Of a stretch of DNA of 64,000 nucleotides, positions 59,279-64,000 are shown in pieces. Each line of letters opens with the position of its first letter. Within the stretch, counting starts at the first letter, position 1. Below the pieces are notes generated by a model. The model saw only the letters and a list, made by a program, of their open reading frames with translations. It searched no databases and was not told the DNA's origin. Origin of the DNA: Spirochaetia bacterium (lineage in GTDB: Bacteria; Spirochaetota; Spirochaetia; SZUA-6; Bin103); the NCBI GenBank assembly GCA_965208575.1, contig CBDBOV010000004.1, positions 352,001 through 416,000 on the forward strand, given 5' to 3'. The translations under genes were made by a program, and so were the position numbers.

Positions 59279-59767
59279 GTGCCCGAGATCGACGTACGGC
59301 GCATGCTCCCCACGGAGTTGGCGTCGGCAGCCGACCTGTATGTACGAAGCATCACCGGCCTACTACGGGACATCCTGAAGCCGGAACAGATCCGGGCCGA
59401 CCACGAGTACCGCCGCTACTTCACCGACGTCGTCGCCCGTGACCTGGAACTCTGGGTGGCGGTCCGACCTGGCCGCCGGGTCGGCGTGATGGCCATGGCC
59501 GGCGAGTGGATCGATCAGCTCTACGTCGACCCGCCGGAGCAGCGCCGCGGAGCCGGCTCCGCACTGCTGGCACAGGCCAAGGCGTTGTCGCCGCACGGGC
59601 TGCGCGTGCTCACGCTGCAGCGCAACGCCGTCGCCTGCCGATTCTACGAGCGCCGCGGCTTCGCAGCCTACGACCACGGCGTCAGCCCACCGCCCGAAAA
59701 TGAACCCGACATCAGCTACCTGTGGCGCCCGAACCAGAACAGCAGCGCGGGCACGGGGACCCGTTGA
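59279..59767 (+). CDS. GNAT family acetyltransferase
   Basis: LYVDP..QRRGAGSALL, N..A.RFYERRGF. Confidence 0.9.
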   Translation: MPEIDVRRMLPTELASAADLYVRSITGLLRDILKPEQIRADHEYRRYFTDVVARDLELWVAVRPGRRVGVMAMAGEWIDQLYVDPPEQRRGAGSALLAQAKALSPHGLRVLTLQRNAVACRFYERRGFAAYDHGVSPPPENEPDISYLWRPNQNSSAGTGTR

Positions 59768-59768
59768 C

Positions 59769-60476
59769 CTACAGTGTTCGGATCCGGCGTACCAGGTCGC
59801 GGAGCGGGCTGGTTGCGCCGCGAGTGAGGTGCCGGTCGAGGGAGGTCAGGAGGTCGCGTTGGAAGGCCGTGACCTGGCGGAACACGGCAGCCGCGGACAC
59901 GCCGAATTCGACGGCGAATCCACAGGCGTCGCGCTCCAGCCTGGTGCTCCCGATGCTGTAGACCAGCGTCTCGCCGGTTACGCCGCCGTCTACCGTGCGC
60001 GCGAGCTCGATCAGGTCGGTGAGAGCCCGGTCGGGAAACGCGTTGCACAGCCAGATCAGGTCGTAGAGATCCTTCTCGCTGCACCGAGACACCAGCGTTG
60101 CGGCCTTCATGGCGAGCAGCCCGGACAGGCCGGCCACCACCACGTCGCCGGATCGGTTCGTGCAGGTGATGCCGAACACGTGCTCGTCATGCACGACGTC
60201 CACGGTGAACGAGAGTTCCCGGTGGTGGCACACGGCACGGAAGTACTGGTTGCTGTGGGCCGCCTCGACCAGTTCGACTCCGAGCGACCGCAAGGTGCGC
60301 ACGGCGAGCACGGTCTCGGTAAAGGCGGCTGCGCTGCCGGTAAACAGGTCGAGATCATCGGAGCGCCGGTGGCCCGCATAGAAACCCGCCAGCGCGGTGC
60401 CGCCGACCAGCATGCAGCCGCTGATCCGTTGCGCGAACACGTGCCTGAGCGCCTGCAGCAGCGGCGGCGGCAGCAC
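59769..60476 (-). CDS. AbiEii-family nucleotidyltransferase toxin (start GTG 60476 inferred)
   Basis: LVGGTAL...HRRSDDLDLF, K...SR..KDLYDL. Confidence 0.88.
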   Translation of the reverse strand: MLPPPLLQALRHVFAQRISGCMLVGGTALAGFYAGHRRSDDLDLFTGSAAAFTETVLAVRTLRSLGVELVEAAHSNQYFRAVCHHRELSFTVDVVHDEHVFGITCTNRSGDVVVAGLSGLLAMKAATLVSRCSEKDLYDLIWLCNAFPDRALTDLIELARTVDGGVTGETLVYSIGSTRLERDACGFAVEFGVSAAAVFRQVTAFQRDLLTSLDRHLTRGATSPLRDLVRRIRTL

Positions 60477-60484
60477 GCGGACCG

Positions 60485-60964
60485 CTAACGACGGCTCAAA
60501 TCGCGGTGAATCTTCCACACGGCATCGACCACGGTGCGTCTCGCCGCCGGCAACCTCGAGCGGAGATCGGGATAAGCGTCCCACACCTGTGGCCCGAGCA
60601 CGACGGCGGCCTCGTATATTCCGCGGCTCTCGATCAAGCGTGCCACCGCGCGGGCCTGCCCCGTGGCCAGCGCGGCCAGAAAGCGGTAGACGTCGGGAAA
60701 GGAGCGGTCCCAACAGAACTCCGCGTACAACCGCCTCTCCTCGGCGGGACTCGCCAGTCCCGGCAGCGGCTGGAGCAACTCGGCGGGCGCGATGCCGAGA
60801 CCGGCGCTCAGGTTCAGCAGGTTGGCGACGTGCACATTGCGAAAATCCCCTTCGGCGGCGAACCACAGCGACACGGCCTGCCGGCTCACCGCGGCAGCCT
60901 GGGCCATGTCTACCTGCCGGTACCCCTTCTTCGCCGCCGCAGCCTTGAGCACGCTCATGTACAC
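60485..60964 (-). CDS. XRE-HTH putative antitoxin
   Basis: N-terminal QVDMAQAAAVSRQAVSLW HTH, upstream of the toxin. Promoter TTGACA-17-CAGCAT. Confidence 0.75.
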   Translation of the reverse strand: MYMSVLKAAAAKKGYRQVDMAQAAAVSRQAVSLWFAAEGDFRNVHVANLLNLSAGLGIAPAELLQPLPGLASPAEERRLYAEFCWDRSFPDVYRFLAALATGQARAVARLIESRGIYEAAVVLGPQVWDAYPDLRSRLPAARRTVVDAVWKIHRDLSRR

Positions 60965-61057
60965 GATACTGCGATGCTGCCGCTTGTGAGCGGCTATGTC
61001 AAGCTTACTTGTCGTCCGAAAGCGACCGTGACACCGACTCGCGGCACGAGATGACGG

Positions 61058-62488
61058 TTACGAGTCTTCGGAATACGTTTGCCAGCGCCGGCGGAGGCGG
61101 GCGCCCCATTGGTCTACTACCTCGCGTGGCCTGCCGGGGTCGAGCGGCCGCCTCTCCAGGCGGCGCTCCTCGGCGGTGAGCGCGGCGCGCAACGCCGCCA
61201 GCGTGGCGGCCTGCGCCGGGTCGGAGGTCAGGTTGCGGGTCTCGCCGGGGTCGGCCTGCAGGTCGAAGAGCTGCTCCAGGCCGCGCTCGGCGGTGTCCGG
61301 CCCCGGCGGCACGTAGTCCTCCACTTCCTTCGGACGGTACTCGGTGACGTACTTGTGGGTGGCGGTGACCAGCGCCCGGCCCCAGTAGTTGGACTCGATG
61401 TAGACCCCGTCCCGCCACGGCACCTCGCGGCCCTCGACCAGGGGCCGCAGGCTGCGCCCGAGGCAGCGCGGCGGAGCGGGAATGCCGGCGTAGTCGCATA
61501 TCGTTGCCGGCAGGTCGACGCCGGACACCAGGTGGTCGAGCCGGCTGCCCTTCTCCACCGGCAACCGGTCGCCGAGGCTGGCCACCACCAGCGGCACGCG
61601 CACACTCTCCTCGTACAGGGTGAACTTCTGGAACATCTGGTGCTGACCGGCCGCCTCACCGTGGTCGGCGGTGAAGATCACGATGGTGTCGTCGCGAAAC
61701 CGGCTGGCGGCCAGGGCGTCGAGCACCAGGCCGATCTCGGCGTCCACCTTCTCCACGAAGCGGTACAGGTTCCAGGCGAACGAGCGCCAGTCCAGGGCGG
61801 AGAAGCGGCGCGTCTTGCGCAGGATCTTCCAGTGGATGAGGCACTCGTCGTCACGCCGGATCACGCGGTGTTGCAACGGCTCGCGCGGGTCGTAGTCGAA
61901 GTTGTTCGGCAGCGGCGGCAGCTCATCCTCGCGCAGGATGCCCTGGGCGACCGCGTCGGGAATCTCCTTCTCCTCGTAGTTGTGGCCGTACTCGCACACG
62001 TCGTGCGGATTGACGAACGCAAGTTGCAGGTAGAATGGCGCCTCGCCGTTGTGGGTGGTCAGGAACTGCAGCGCGGCGTGGGTGATGGCGGGGTCGTAGA
62101 ACTCGCCGGTGCTGGCGCCGATGCGGCGCGCCCCGAAGTACAGCGTGTCGAAGCTGCGGGTCACGTCGCGGCCGTCGACGTGCCACTTGCCGGCGTGGAA
62201 GGCGCCGTAGCCGCCGGCGCGCAGGAGCTGTCCCAGGTCGGGAATGTCGTCGTGCAGGTGGCCGCCGTTGAACGGCACGCCGGCCTCGGATGTGTAGCGC
62301 CCGGTGGCCCAACTGGTGCGCGCGGGGGCGCACACCGGGTCGGTGCAATAGGAGCGCATGAACGAGGTGCCGGACGCCACCAGCCGGTCCATGTTCGGGG
62401 TGTTCAGCCAGCGGTTGCCGTAGGCGGAGATGGCGTCCCAGGTCTGCTGGTCGGTGTTGATGAATACGATGTTCGGACGTGTGCTCAT
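61058..62488 (-). CDS. Sulfatase (formylglycine type)
   Basis: PNIVFINTDQ, CAPAR, GKWH, PHD, DHG, QK..LYEESVRVP. Confidence 0.93.
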   Translation of the reverse strand: MSTRPNIVFINTDQQTWDAISAYGNRWLNTPNMDRLVASGTSFMRSYCTDPVCAPARTSWATGRYTSEAGVPFNGGHLHDDIPDLGQLLRAGGYGAFHAGKWHVDGRDVTRSFDTLYFGARRIGASTGEFYDPAITHAALQFLTTHNGEAPFYLQLAFVNPHDVCEYGHNYEEKEIPDAVAQGILREDELPPLPNNFDYDPREPLQHRVIRRDDECLIHWKILRKTRRFSALDWRSFAWNLYRFVEKVDAEIGLVLDALAASRFRDDTIVIFTADHGEAAGQHQMFQKFTLYEESVRVPLVVASLGDRLPVEKGSRLDHLVSGVDLPATICDYAGIPAPPRCLGRSLRPLVEGREVPWRDGVYIESNYWGRALVTATHKYVTEYRPKEVEDYVPPGPDTAERGLEQLFDLQADPGETRNLTSDPAQAATLAALRAALTAEERRLERRPLDPGRPREVVDQWGARLRRRWQTYSEDS

Positions 62489-63282
62489 GACCCGTCCTCG
62501 GCTCCGGGGCCGCGCAGGACCAGGGTGTGGAACATGCTTCTCACCACGCACGCCGTGCCGCGCTCGTCCAGCCACCAGTAGCTCGGCAGCATGCCGGCGC
62601 CATGCTGGCAGAATCCGCGCAGGCGGTGGCCGGCTACCTCGATCGGCCCGCCGGCGAGCACGCGGACCGTGCACGGCGCTCGCAACTTCTCCAGGTCCTC
62701 CAGCACGGCGAACGGCTCCAGCTCGGGTGCGCCCGCCACGATCGACGGCAGAGCGTCGAACAACGTCCACCAGGAGGTCAGCGGCAGCGCAGGACCCAGT
62801 TCGCCGGTGCGCAACTCGATGCCGTTGATCGTCAGGGCGATCACGCGCCGGCCGGCCTCCATCACGGTCGATCCCGCGACCTTGATGCCGCTGTACTGGT
62901 CGCCGGCCGCGTTGGTCGTCGTAACGCTCCAAGGGCCGGCAAGCCGGGGCAACGGGTCGCCGGTGGTGCGGAAGTCGAGCGTCACCTGCTCGCCGCTGGT
63001 GACGTTGTCGTGCGTGACACGGTAGTGCGCGCCGCCCGACGCCTCGGGGCTGCGCACGATCTCGGCGCTGCCGATGGGCAACGCGCCGTCCCCATCCAGC
63101 CATGCCTGGTGCCAGCCGGCGGCAAAGTTCGGCAGCACCTCGTAACGGCGCACGGCGCCGTCGTGCGCGGTACCCGGAGCCCAGCTCTCCAGGGCGGCGC
63201 ACAGCGCGTTCCCGAAGTGCGGGCGTTGCAACCCGGTGTCATGATCGATCGACCAGTGCCGTCGCTCGCCGACGGTCGGCAT
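62485..63282 (-). CDS. Hypothetical beta-rich protein coupled to the sulfatase
   Basis: GAGGAGG RBS and ATGA overlap with the sulfatase. No motif recognised. Confidence 0.7.
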   Translation of the reverse strand: MPTVGERRHWSIDHDTGLQRPHFGNALCAALESWAPGTAHDGAVRRYEVLPNFAAGWHQAWLDGDGALPIGSAEIVRSPEASGGAHYRVTHDNVTSGEQVTLDFRTTGDPLPRLAGPWSVTTTNAAGDQYSGIKVAGSTVMEAGRRVIALTINGIELRTGELGPALPLTSWWTLFDALPSIVAGAPELEPFAVLEDLEKLRAPCTVRVLAGGPIEVAGHRLRGFCQHGAGMLPSYWWLDERGTACVVRSMFHTLVLRGPGAEDGS

Positions 63283-63486
63283 CGGTAATCCTCCTCGCTC
63301 GCGCTCCGTTCGGTTGCACCGGCCAACCTGCGCGGCGTCTCAAGTGTACCCGGTGCGCGTCAGCCTGCCCAACAAGGCATCGCGGCCGTCGCGGCCGCCA
63401 CCACGCTCGTCACTTACTGAACCCGTTATGCCGTGGATAGCGTGAGTGGCGGCGGCTGATGCCGACGAATTTGCAGCCTGAGTCCC

Positions 63487-63783
63487 TTAAAGCGAAGACT
63501 CGGAGTCGATCCAGTCCTCCAGTGTGACGCTTATCGTCTCACCCCGGCGCGAAAGAACATTGAAGAACGCCCATACGTCGATGCCAAGTAGCGATGCAGC
63601 CTGTGACAGGGAGATGCTGCCGGAACGATACGCGGCCAGCACCTCGTCCTCCCGGTCGCGCGCCAGAGCGTCGCGAAGCAACTCCCGCAACAACGTCGCG
63701 CGATCCTTGCCGCGCGCCCGGGCGCGGCGATCAAGCTCGCACAAGATCTCCTCAGGCAGACGGATCGTCGTTGGTTTGGTCAT
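63487..63783 (-). CDS. RHH plus UPF0175 family antitoxin
   Basis: TTIRLP...RA....DRATLLR, then AYRSGSISLSQAASLLG...F. Confidence 0.85.
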   Translation of the reverse strand: MTKPTTIRLPEEILCELDRRARARGKDRATLLRELLRDALARDREDEVLAAYRSGSISLSQAASLLGIDVWAFFNVLSRRGETISVTLEDWIDSESSL

Positions 63784-64000
63784 CTTGACGCACCTCCTGC
63801 AACGCCACCATTGCGGCAGCGATCATGTCGCGGCCATAGCGTCCGGTCACCGCCAGCACCTCGAGGGCCCTCCGCGCTCTAGGCAACGTGACTGCTCCCG
63901 TGCGGTAGAGGTCGACAACAACCCTGGGCGAACTCGTGAACGGGATCCCCAAGATTCTACACGCCCGGATAGCGCGACCATCGTCGGACAACACCAAGTC
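63752..64000 (-). CDS. PIN/DUF3368-like toxin, C-terminal part (5' end outside the window)
   Basis: VLSDDGRAIRACRILGI motif and overlap with the UPF0175 gene. Confidence 0.7.
   Translation of the reverse strand, partial: DLVLSDDGRAIRACRILGIPFTSSPRVVVDLYRTGAVTLPRARRALEVLAVTGRYGRDMIAAAMVALQEVRQDDQTNDDPSA

Overview
A 64-kb, GC-rich bacterial chromosomal segment. The substrate-binding-protein signal peptides ('...GLWAxGxEE') and the overall gene content suggest a Spirochaetota, possibly a marine-invertebrate or sponge symbiont; this is inference only. The window is mostly transport and catabolism. It holds four PhyH-type Fe/2OG dioxygenases, two Asp-box (BNR) hydrolases, a BMP nucleoside ABC system behind moeA, and three paralogous SBP-DppB-DppC peptide/nickel-type ABC modules that have no ATPase gene. 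It also has SDRs, Ldh_2, GGT, an M20 amidohydrolase, aldo-keto reductases, a sulfatase, a complete moxR-DUF58-bat operon, an AAA-ATPase/PD-(D/E)XK gene, a six-repeat surface lipoprotein and five toxin-antitoxin loci or remnants. No rRNA, tRNA, CRISPR array or transposase was seen. The most notable unexplained signal is a structured, apparently pseudoknotted 5' leader just upstream of the ribosome-binding site of all three ABC SBP genes, a candidate new cis-regulatory RNA. Around it are mosaic duplicated promoters, a 48-bp dispersed repeat, several gene remnants missing from the ORF track, and frequent leaderless-type promoters. All product calls come from recognising motifs by eye; no database searches were run.
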